Origin: an uncultured Clostridia bacterium
Lineage (GTDB): Bacteria; Bacillota; Clostridia; Christensenellales; Borkfalkiaceae
NCBI GenBank assembly: GCA_934271255.1
Contig: CAKQQS010000002.1
Span: 112,684-176,683, forward strand
Reading direction: 5' to 3'
DNA length: 64,000 nt
Every line of letters begins with the position of its first letter. Position 1 is the first letter of the stretch. This document shows positions 1-6,757 of the stretch, in pieces. The notes below the pieces were generated by a model. That model ran no database searches and was not told where the DNA came from. It saw only the letters and a list, made by a program, of their open reading frames with translations. Made by a program: the position numbers and the translations under genes.

Positions 1-13
1 TATTGTCCTGCAT
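1..13 (-). CDS. First 4 codons (MQDN...) of the gene controlled by the T-box leader. It runs off the window and is probably pheS, given the UUC specifier.
   Basis: ATG at 13..11 is preceded by GGAGG (22..18), immediately downstream of the T-box terminator. Confidence 0.4.
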
Positions 14-32
14 ACGTCCTCCGTCGTATTCG

Positions 33-262
33 TAAAAAAATAAACGCCCCGTAACATTAGGGCGTTTTTTGTCGCTGTACCACCTAAATTCGCTTAAAAA
101 TAAGCCTTTAAAGTTATAACGTAACTAACGGCAACCCATTACTGTTATTTTCACGAGCGCAACTCCGAAGTGAATACCGCAATTATTTTATAAAGCGTCT
201 TTCAGCCGCGAACGCTTCTCTCTGAATAAAACCTCTATTGCGTCTGTCTTCATCAATGTTTT
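33..262 (-). promoter_or_regulatory. T-box riboswitch leader, specifier UUC (Phe)
   Basis: The reverse complement shows a GA/K-turn base (UGAUGAAG 255..248 against CUUCGGAG 170..163), an AG bulge CAGAGAG and a distal loop GCUGAAAG. The specifier loop reads GUA-UUC-A (UUC = 174..172). AGUAAUGGG, the F-box CCGUUA (131..126) and the T-box AAUUUAGGUGGUACAGCGAC (90..71) follow. A 7-bp terminator stem plus U7 lies at 70..33. Confidence 0.85.
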
Positions 263-267
263 TATAA

Positions 268-296
268 ATTATACGTTATTGCGATGATTTTGTCAA
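268..296 (-). promoter_or_regulatory. Sigma-A promoter of the T-box leader
   Basis: TTGACA (296..291), 17-nt spacer, TATAAT (273..268). The -35 overlaps the yunB stop codon. Confidence 0.65.
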
Positions 297-937
297 GCAT
301 TTGGCGTATTTAAAAGATAAATTTCGGGAACGTCGCCGACGATTATTACGTCAAACAACATAAAATCGCATTCATTGACTACTTCGGTATATCTGTTCGG
401 AATCGACAGGGCTGTTTTGATTTTTATAGCAAGAAAAACGCAATGTCTCGTTTGGTTTATCCCTTTATCTTCAAAAACCGATTTGAAATCGCATGATACT
501 ACGCTTATGGGTTGTATTTTGAGTTTTACTTCGGTTCCGTTTGCATATAAAACTTTAAACGATAAAAAAGAAAACAAAGGGACTTTGACGTAAGACAACT
601 TATTTTTCTTGATTTCTTTTTGAACGGTTGCCGCAAAACTTCTCGAATATTCGTTAATGTAGGTTGAGTTGCTTTCAAAAGAATATATTTTACCATTTTC
701 GTCGCGTGATATTTTATAAAAGTCTTCGTAGGAGTTTTTGTTGAACTCAAATGTGGTTAAAACGTCGTTTACAATCAATTCATTTTGGTTTTCTATCTCG
801 TTTCTCGCTATATGTATCATTGTTGAAATTGCTAGATTATTCATATAGAAAAATAATATAATTATGCCTAACATAACTATAAATGTTTTCCAAAATCGAA
901 CAGAAAAAACTTTGCGCATACTATATTTTATGCGCAA
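293..937 (-). CDS. yunB: Sporulation protein YunB
   Basis: N-terminal TM segment. The C-terminal part (GINQT...IVGDVPEIY) resembles B. subtilis YunB (GINNA...QGEVPQFY). It sits directly after spoVAE. Confidence 0.65.
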   Translation of the reverse strand: MRIKYSMRKVFSVRFWKTFIVMLGIIILFFYMNNLAISTMIHIARNEIENQNELIVNDVLTTFEFNKNSYEDFYKISRDENGKIYSFESNSTYINEYSRSFAATVQKEIKKNKLSYVKVPLFSFLSFKVLYANGTEVKLKIQPISVVSCDFKSVFEDKGINQTRHCVFLAIKIKTALSIPNRYTEVVNECDFMLFDVIIVGDVPEIYLLNTPNA

Positions 938-945
938 AGATTGAT

Positions 946-1332
946 TTAATTCTTTTTAGTTTTTGCTTTAAACGAAACGGAAAATAAGTACCCGAAAAAT
1001 ATCGCGGCGGTAATTCCCGCGGCGGCAGCCGTAATCCCGCCCGTTATTGCTTGGAAAAAATCGTACCGAGCGCCTTCCATAGCCCCCTTTGCAAGCAGAT
1101 AGCCGAATCCCGATATAGGCACGCTTGCGCCCGCGCCGGCAAACTCGATTAAATACTCGTATAACCCAAAAGATTCCAGAACCAAGCCTGTCAACAAAAA
1201 ATACACTAATATTTTACCCGAAGTAATTTTTGTGTAATTTATCAATAATTGAGCAACGGAGCAAATAAATCCCCCTACCAGAAATGCTTTTAAAAACATA
1301 AGCAAAATATCCGAAACGGTATACATCAGCAA
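946..1332 (-). CDS. spoVAE: Stage V sporulation protein AE
   Basis: 128-aa polytopic membrane protein, paralogous to the SpoVAC ORF (GGFICS..Q motif). It overlaps the spoVAD stop by 7 nt. Confidence 0.8.
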   Translation of the reverse strand: MLMYTVSDILLMFLKAFLVGGFICSVAQLLINYTKITSGKILVYFLLTGLVLESFGLYEYLIEFAGAGASVPISGFGYLLAKGAMEGARYDFFQAITGGITAAAAGITAAIFFGYLFSVSFKAKTKKN

Positions 1333-2324
1333 TTCTCCACAACGACTAAATGCGCGATTGACGGAATACTTTCGCCTTGTTGCGAACTCAGCGTAGATAA
1401 TAACGCGCCCGTAGCCATAAAAATAACTTTTTTATATTTCTTTTTTAATATTTGCGGGTAAAAATAATCGGCAAAAACCACTGCGCTGCACCCTGCGCCC
1501 GAACCGCCTTGAAACTCTTGCTCGTCTTTTTTATAAATAATTCCGCCGCAGTCGACGTGTTTATCGGTGATATCTACGCCTTTTTGGTTTAGCATATCGC
1601 AAAAAACTTTGCTTCCGAGTATACCCAAATCACCCGTAACGATTAAATCGTAATCGTTTTCATCGGTGTTAGTGTTTTTAAAATGCGTAAGCAACGTATC
1701 GACCGCAGCGGGAGCCATGGCGCACCCCATATTATTTGCGTCTTTTACGCCGTAGTCTACTACTTTGCCGATTGTCGCCATTGTGATTTTAGGCAGATTT
1801 TTTACGGCATTTCCTAATAAAAATCCACCTGCTCCCGTAACGGTCCACTGTGATTGCGGCGGTCTTGTCGAACCTAATTCGAGCGGGTACCTGTATTGTC
1901 GTTCGGCGGTTGAAAAATGACTGCTCGTTAAACAAACGGCGCGATTTATATATGCCGAATCCAGCATGATAGAAGCAATCGTTAAACTTTCCGTTAACGT
2001 CGAACATGCGTTGTAAACGCCTAAAAACGAAATATCGAACTCACGACTGGCAAAACTAGCCGAAATTATCTGGTTAAGCAAATCGCCTGCAATAATTACG
2101 TCTATATCTTCCGAATTGAGTTTATTTTCTTTTAACAACCCCGCTATGATAAAGCCTTGCATTTTACATTCCGCTTTTTCGTAAGTTTTTTCGCCGAAAG
2201 TATCGTCGTAAATATGATTTTTAAAATATTTGCCGAGCGGGCCTATGCTTTCTTTCGGCCCTACGATTGCGGACGCGCTTAAAATACTCGGCGGATTTTT
2301 ATCGAAACGAAATGTTTTTTGCAT
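1326..2324 (-). CDS. spoVAD: Stage V sporulation protein AD
   Basis: 332-aa soluble thiolase-like protein between spoVAC and spoVAE. Its size and position are typical of SpoVAD. Confidence 0.85.
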   Translation of the reverse strand: MQKTFRFDKNPPSILSASAIVGPKESIGPLGKYFKNHIYDDTFGEKTYEKAECKMQGFIIAGLLKENKLNSEDIDVIIAGDLLNQIISASFASREFDISFLGVYNACSTLTESLTIASIMLDSAYINRAVCLTSSHFSTAERQYRYPLELGSTRPPQSQWTVTGAGGFLLGNAVKNLPKITMATIGKVVDYGVKDANNMGCAMAPAAVDTLLTHFKNTNTDENDYDLIVTGDLGILGSKVFCDMLNQKGVDITDKHVDCGGIIYKKDEQEFQGGSGAGCSAVVFADYFYPQILKKKYKKVIFMATGALLSTLSSQQGESIPSIAHLVVVENC

Positions 2325-2815
2325 TATATTCTATATAAAATAAAGTAAATTATACCGACAACGACGCTTCCGCTTATACCGAATACGAGAATCGGTCCCG
2401 CAACCTGAAACATTTTCGCCGCCATGCCGTAAATATATCCCTCCGACTTATATTCCATCGAAGAAGAAACGATACTATTGGCAAAACCCGTAATCGGAAC
2501 GATTGAGCCCCCGCCCGCAATTCTGCCTATTCTGTCGTAAACGCCTAATCCCGTTAAAAGGGATCCTAAAAAAATCATTATTATACTAACGCAACCGGCT
2601 AGTATATCGCCGCTTAATCCGAACGCAATTTCTAGCATAAACCTGAAAAATTGACCGATTGAACAAATAAATCCGCCAACCATAAACGCACGGTATACCG
2701 AACGTATTTCGTTGGTTTTAGGTTGAAAACGGGAAATGTATTCCAAATAATTTTTGTTAGTTTTTTGCATCTTCGGGTAATTCGTCTTTTTGGGTTTGCC
2801 ATAATATTTCTTCAT
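2324..2815 (-). CDS. spoVAC: Stage V sporulation protein AC
   Basis: Membrane protein with the VGGFICSIGQ motif, downstream of sigF. The start is uncertain (M1 at 2815 or M16 at 2770). Confidence 0.8.
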   Translation of the reverse strand: MKKYYGKPKKTNYPKMQKTNKNYLEYISRFQPKTNEIRSVYRAFMVGGFICSIGQFFRFMLEIAFGLSGDILAGCVSIIMIFLGSLLTGLGVYDRIGRIAGGGSIVPITGFANSIVSSSMEYKSEGYIYGMAAKMFQVAGPILVFGISGSVVVGIIYFILYRI

Positions 2816-2895
2816 GTCCGTCGTAATCGTAAGTTTTAATTTTTCTGAACGTTTTCATACAGGTATTATTACCGAAAAAACGCAAAAAAATGCGC

Positions 2896-3612
2896 TCAGG
2901 CAATAATTTGGCGCATTTTCGATAATATTTTATTTTCAAGTCTTGATATTTGTACTTGCGATACGCCCATGATTTTGGCGACTTCGCTTTGCGTTTTGTC
3001 TTTAAAATATCGTAAAATAATAATTTTTTGCTCGTTTACGGGCAAACTACGCAAAATCTCGTTAAAATGCAGTTTGTCCGTAATCTCGTCGTTTATATTT
3101 TCGGCGGGTAATTTTTCAATCAATTCCATATTGTCGTCGTCATCGCCTTGTTCGTAAATTGAAACGGGCAATTTTGTAGAGTTAAGCGCAAGAATTACGT
3201 CTTCTTCGCTCACGCCGAGTTTTTCGGCTATTTCCTTCGGTGACGGCATTCTTTCGTTCGCCATATAAAACTCGTCGCAAAACCTGTTTATTTTACTTGC
3301 GGTTTGTTTTATCGCTCTTGAAACTTTTATCGCGCCGTTATCTCTCATATACCGCTTTATTTCGCCTATAATCATAGGTACGGAATAAGTCGTAAACTTC
3401 GTCCCGAAACTCGCGTCGTAGTTTTTTATGGCTTTTAACAACCCTATATTAGCAATCTGAATCAAATCGTCGTATTCGATGCCTTTGTTTGAAAACTTGT
3501 TTGCGATAAACTTGATTAAAGGCAAATTGTTTTTATAAACGATTTCTTTCGCTTTTTTATCCCCGCTTTGCGCTTTTTTTATATATAATGTTAACGTTTC
3601 GTTATCAAGCAT
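2896..3612 (-). CDS. sigF: RNA polymerase sporulation sigma factor F
   Basis: Sigma-70 regions 2-4 (YDDLIQIANIGLLKAI, FTTYSVPMIIGEIKRYMRD) follow spoIIAA-spoIIAB. Confidence 0.9.
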   Translation of the reverse strand: MLDNETLTLYIKKAQSGDKKAKEIVYKNNLPLIKFIANKFSNKGIEYDDLIQIANIGLLKAIKNYDASFGTKFTTYSVPMIIGEIKRYMRDNGAIKVSRAIKQTASKINRFCDEFYMANERMPSPKEIAEKLGVSEEDVILALNSTKLPVSIYEQGDDDDNMELIEKLPAENINDEITDKLHFNEILRSLPVNEQKIIILRYFKDKTQSEVAKIMGVSQVQISRLENKILSKMRQIIA

Positions 3613-3620
3613 AATGCAAC

Positions 3621-4040
3621 CTATCCGGTAATGGTTTTTTCCATATAAATCTCCGTTCCGCTGTTGTCGGAAACAACGTCTAATTTATCCATAAAAGTTT
3701 GCATAACGGTAAACCCCATTCCCGAATGTTCGCTTTCGGGTTTAGTCGTGAAAAACGGTTCTCTTGCAACTTTTAAGTCGGAAATCCCTACGCCGTCGTC
3801 TTTGATTTTAATATGTATGGTTTTATCGGTAATGTTTGCTTCGAGCCGTATTTCGCCGTTTTCGTCGTTTGGGTATGCGTGTACGATTGCGTTGGTTATC
3901 GCTTCGCTAACGGCGGTTTTTACGTCCGATAACTCGGACAAACTAGGATTTAGCGGTAAAATAAAAGACGAAACGCACGTTCTTGCAAATACTTCGTTTT
4001 CCGCTTTCGACGGAAAGGTCAATTTCATATAATTATTCAT
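3621..4040 (-). CDS. spoIIAB: Anti-sigma F factor (serine kinase) SpoIIAB
   Basis: 139-aa HATPase_c-like protein (EAITNAIVHAY, DDGVGI, SGMGF). GGAG RBS upstream. Confidence 0.9.
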   Translation of the reverse strand: MNNYMKLTFPSKAENEVFARTCVSSFILPLNPSLSELSDVKTAVSEAITNAIVHAYPNDENGEIRLEANITDKTIHIKIKDDGVGISDLKVAREPFFTTKPESEHSGMGFTVMQTFMDKLDVVSDNSGTEIYMEKTITG

Positions 4041-4051
4041 AATATTCTCCG

Positions 4052-4360
4052 TTAATATTTGGGTATGATTTTATATACTCCGCTTAAATCTAAAATCTTA
4101 TCGGCGGAAATCGCGGGGTTTTCGATATACATCGGTATATCGAGATTGCTGAGTTTTTTATATCTGCCTAAAATTACCCCTAGTCCCGTACTGTCCATAA
4201 ACGTAATTTCGGACAAATTAAAAACCGCCTTTTTGACGTAAATATGATTGTTTATCAATTCGTCAAGATTATCTATAATTATTCGAGCGTTGTAGTTATC
4301 TAATTCGCCCGAAATATAAACGTATAACGTTGACTGATATATTTTGTATTTGATATTCAT
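4052..4360 (-). CDS. spoIIAA: Anti-sigma F factor antagonist SpoIIAA (STAS domain)
   Basis: STAS fold motif (FMDSTGLGVILGRYK). The start is placed at the ATG at 4360, preceded by AGGAG; the ORF track's longer 4390 start lacks an RBS. Confidence 0.85.
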   Translation of the reverse strand: MNIKYKIYQSTLYVYISGELDNYNARIIIDNLDELINNHIYVKKAVFNLSEITFMDSTGLGVILGRYKKLSNLDIPMYIENPAISADKILDLSGVYKIIPKY

Positions 4361-4620
4361 TTTGATCTCCTTTTCAAACAATAATATCACTAAAAATAAC
4401 GAATAATTTATAAGATATTATCGCTTATATGCGAAGATTGTCGTTTTAATAACCCCAAAAAAACATCTTAAAATGTCGGTTTAACAAACTCGAAAAACCA
4501 TAAAAGGTATAAAAAATCATTAAAAATCACGAAAAAAACAACGTATTTCGGTAATATTTACGACAAATATCAAGGCGGTAAAAAAATATTAAAAATCTTT
4601 AAAAAAGGTATGTAAAATGT

Positions 4621-4649
4621 TTGACAAAATTATGAAAATATAATATTAT
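4621..4649 (+). promoter_or_regulatory. Candidate sigma-A promoter of the tRNA operon
   Basis: TTGACA (4621..4626), 17 nt, TATTAT (4644..4649), about 30 nt upstream of tRNA-Pro. Phased A-tracts lie upstream. Confidence 0.5.
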
Positions 4650-4678
4650 AGTTAAGCAATTTGAGAAAAACCTCGAAT

Positions 4679-4754
4679 CGGGGTGTAGCGCAGTTGGTAG
4701 CGCACGTGGTTTGGGACCATGGGGTCGGGAGTTCGAGTCTCTTCACCCCGACCA
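4679..4754 (+). tRNA. tRNA-Pro (anticodon TGG)
   Basis: Cloverleaf folded by hand: acceptor CGGGGTG/CACCCCG, anticodon loop TTTGGGA, T-loop TTCGAGT, encoded CCA. Confidence 0.9.
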
Positions 4755-4776
4755 AATTTAATGCGTACCCCTTAAA

Positions 4777-4853
4777 GGGCCTTTAGCTCAGTTGGTTAGA
4801 GCGGTCGGCTCATAACCGATTGGTCCGCGGTTCGAGTCCGTGAAGGCCCACCA
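4777..4853 (+). tRNA. tRNA with CAT anticodon, probably tRNA-Ile2 (lysidine) rather than elongator Met
   Basis: Acceptor GGGCCTT/AAGGCCC, loop CTCATAA, encoded CCA. It has C4-G69, C5-G68 and G27-U43, as in E. coli ileX. It lacks initiator features. Confidence 0.85.
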
Positions 4854-4873
4854 TTATAAAACTTTATATATTC

Positions 4874-4950
4874 GGCCCGGTAGTACAGTTGGTTAGTACG
4901 CCAGCCTGTCACGCTGGAGGTCAGGGGTTCGAGCCCCCTTCGGGTCGCCA
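4874..4950 (+). tRNA. tRNA-Asp (GTC)
   Basis: Acceptor GGCCCGG/TCGGGTC, loop CTGTCAC, discriminator G, encoded CCA. Confidence 0.9.
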
Positions 4951-4952
4951 AA

Positions 4953-4984
4953 GTTAACCTGTAACTTGATAGTTACAGGTTAAC
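4953..4984 (+). repeat. Perfect 14-bp inverted repeat (hairpin) in the tRNA operon spacer
   Basis: GTTAACCTGTAACT (4953..4966), loop TGAT, AGTTACAGGTTAAC (4971..4984). No U-tract follows. Confidence 0.9.
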
Positions 4985-5004
4985 AAAACTAAATTGAAAA
5001 TTAT

Positions 5005-5080
5005 GGTTCGGTAGCTCAGTCGGTAGAGCAGGAGACTGAAAATCTCCGTGTCGGTGGTTCGATTCCGCCCCGAACCACCA
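5005..5080 (+). tRNA. tRNA-Phe (GAA)
   Basis: Acceptor GGTTCGG/CCGAACC, loop CTGAAAA, discriminator A, encoded CCA. Confidence 0.9.
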
Positions 5081-5091
5081 ACCTGAAATCT

Positions 5092-5167
5092 GCTGGCGTA
5101 GCTCAATTGGCAGAGTAGCTGATTTGTAATCAGCAGGTTGCGGGTTCGATTCCAGTCGCCAGCTCCA
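5092..5167 (+). tRNA. tRNA-Thr (TGT)
   Basis: Acceptor GCTGGCG/CGCCAGC, loop TTTGTAA, encoded CCA. The T-stem has one G-A mismatch (GCGGG/CCAGT). Confidence 0.8.
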
Positions 5168-5180
5168 TAATTTAATATTC

Positions 5181-5265
5181 GGAAGGGTTCCCGAGCGGCC
5201 AAAGGGAACAGACTGTAAATCTGTCGTCACCGACTTCGGTGGTTCGAATCCACCCCCTTCCACCA
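5181..5265 (+). tRNA. tRNA-Tyr (GTA), long variable arm
   Basis: Acceptor GGAAGGG/CCCTTCC, loop CTGTAAA, 13-nt variable arm, encoded CCA. Confidence 0.9.
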
Positions 5266-5267
5266 AG

Positions 5268-5304
5268 AAAAGTACCAAAGCAAGTCTTTGGTACTTTTCG
5301 TTTT
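5268..5304 (+). terminator. Intrinsic terminator of the tRNA operon
   Basis: 13-bp stem AAAAGTACCAAAG/CTTTGGTACTTTT, loop CAAGT, then CGTTTT. Confidence 0.8.
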
Positions 5305-5317
5305 CAAATAAATCCAA

Positions 5318-5343
5318 CGAGCGTCGGCATTTACCGACGCTCG
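5318..5343 (-). terminator. Hairpin downstream of the 5371..6648 gene
   Basis: 10-bp GC-rich stem CGAGCGTCGG/CCGACGCTCG. The U-tract on the minus strand is weak. Confidence 0.5.
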
Positions 5344-5370
5344 CTTAATAAGGAGAATATCGAAAAATAT

Positions 5371-6648
5371 TTATTTCGGATTTTTTTCAAATCCGCTACT
5401 TTTGGCGGAATCGGGTTTTACCCCTACTTTCACGTTGTCTTGTTTTCTGTTTCGCAACGCCTCGACAGGATTCTCGGCTACTTCAAACCGATAATCTTTA
5501 CCCTTTACTTTTATTCGGTTCTCTATAACGTTGTGAGAAGCGAGCATATCGACGTCGGGAGTAATGCACTCTCCGTACACGAAAAATCTTGCGTTTTGCG
5601 GTAGATTATCGATTTTTTCGTAATCTTCGTCGACAGAAGTAAACTGTACCGTATCTGCTAAAATCTTTCTGACGTATTCGATATTTTCGTGCAACGAAAC
5701 AGGTTCAGGGAACTTTCCGTCCGTTATAACTTCCTCGGGATCTTTTTTGCCGTAATTTTTTAACAGTCCGCATGCGTCGTGAAGATGAGTTACTTCCGTT
5801 AAGAAGTTTTCTTCCCAAATATCTTTAATATATTTGTCCGTTTCCGTTTCGTAGCACGACCAGTACAAATAACATTCGCAGTATTCGTGCCATAAAAGCA
5901 TTTCGAGCCAACTGCCTTTCGTATCGATAAGCGACTCGTATTGCGTAACGTGTTCTTCTTCCACGAGCGCGATTTCCTGATATAATCTCCTCGACAAATC
6001 GTCGTTACCGAAAGTCGCAACGTTCATATAATAATTCATCGTTTGTTGTTCGGCAGCGGTTATAATCATTGTTGCAAGAATACTTTGCTTATCGGCAGTT
6101 TTGTTGTTTATGGATTTTCTTACGTTGTCCGTTGGATATCGATGATGTGCTATCGTCGGTCTTCCGGGCATGATTTCCGTATATTTTCCAACTAATTTTT
6201 CGGCATGTACCCCTTGCTCTTCTTCTAACTTGTTGGCGTATCGGTAAAGATGATCGAAATCTTCAAGCAAAGCGAAATCCAACGCTTTTTTCACGTTAAA
6301 GTTCTTTTCTTTCTTTGCAAGTTCTGCCGTTAAATCAACGGCAAGTTGTTCATAGCCTATCGTGTGTTCCAAAACGGTTTCGTCTTTGGGTTTAAGCATT
6401 GAAATCTTTATCTGCTGTCTTTTTTCCTGCGACCTTGTAAACGCAAGCGCGCGTCTTAACTCGTTGTTTTTGACGTGTCTGTCGAATTGATGAGAAAACC
6501 AGTTCGCCTCGAACTCCGTACCGTTCATAAGAATAATTCTCGTTTTGGTATACGGATCTACGGCGCGTTTATCGTAAGATTTCGGGTAGAGTTTGTCCCA
6601 CGTTTCAAATACGGTTTTTTTAAGCGGTTTTTCCTTAAAAGGGTTCAT
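5371..6648 (-). CDS. Uncharacterised ferritin-like (putative diiron-carboxylate) protein, 425 aa
   Basis: Candidate metal ligands are spaced E(GYEQ)...EDFDH...E(AAEQ)...EEEH. The start is set at the ATG at 6648 after GGAGG; the first 60 aa of the ORF-track version overlap the flotillin gene and lack an RBS. Confidence 0.5.
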   Translation of the reverse strand: MNPFKEKPLKKTVFETWDKLYPKSYDKRAVDPYTKTRIILMNGTEFEANWFSHQFDRHVKNNELRRALAFTRSQEKRQQIKISMLKPKDETVLEHTIGYEQLAVDLTAELAKKEKNFNVKKALDFALLEDFDHLYRYANKLEEEQGVHAEKLVGKYTEIMPGRPTIAHHRYPTDNVRKSINNKTADKQSILATMIITAAEQQTMNYYMNVATFGNDDLSRRLYQEIALVEEEHVTQYESLIDTKGSWLEMLLWHEYCECYLYWSCYETETDKYIKDIWEENFLTEVTHLHDACGLLKNYGKKDPEEVITDGKFPEPVSLHENIEYVRKILADTVQFTSVDEDYEKIDNLPQNARFFVYGECITPDVDMLASHNVIENRIKVKGKDYRFEVAENPVEALRNRKQDNVKVGVKPDSAKSSGFEKNPK

Positions 6649-6703
6649 ATAAATTACCTCCGAATATAATTTAATGATTCCCCCGAAAAAATTTTTTATA
6701 CAA

Positions 6704-6742
6704 CAAAAAAACTCACGACCTAAAAAACGATCGTGAGTTTTG
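6704..6742 (-). terminator. Intrinsic terminator after the flotillin gene
   Basis: Stem ACTCACGA/TCGTGAGT (6711..6718 / 6731..6738), with a U-run on the minus strand. Confidence 0.65.
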
Positions 6743-6757
6743 ATTTTATATCGGGTT

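Noticed and set aside
4437-4570. Spo0A-box-like cores (CGACA / TGTCG at about 4440, 4475 and 4561) upstream of spoIIAA, and a search for a sigma-H -10 (GAAT)
   Set aside because: Only 5 of 7 matches to TGTCGAA. No convincing sigma-H -35/-10 pair was found on the correct strand. This is too degenerate to call in AT-rich DNA.
4954-5604. ORFs 4954..5202 (-), 4973..5317 (-) and 5239..5604 (+)
   Set aside because: They run through tRNA genes and terminator hairpins. The region is fully explained by six tRNAs with good cloverleaves.
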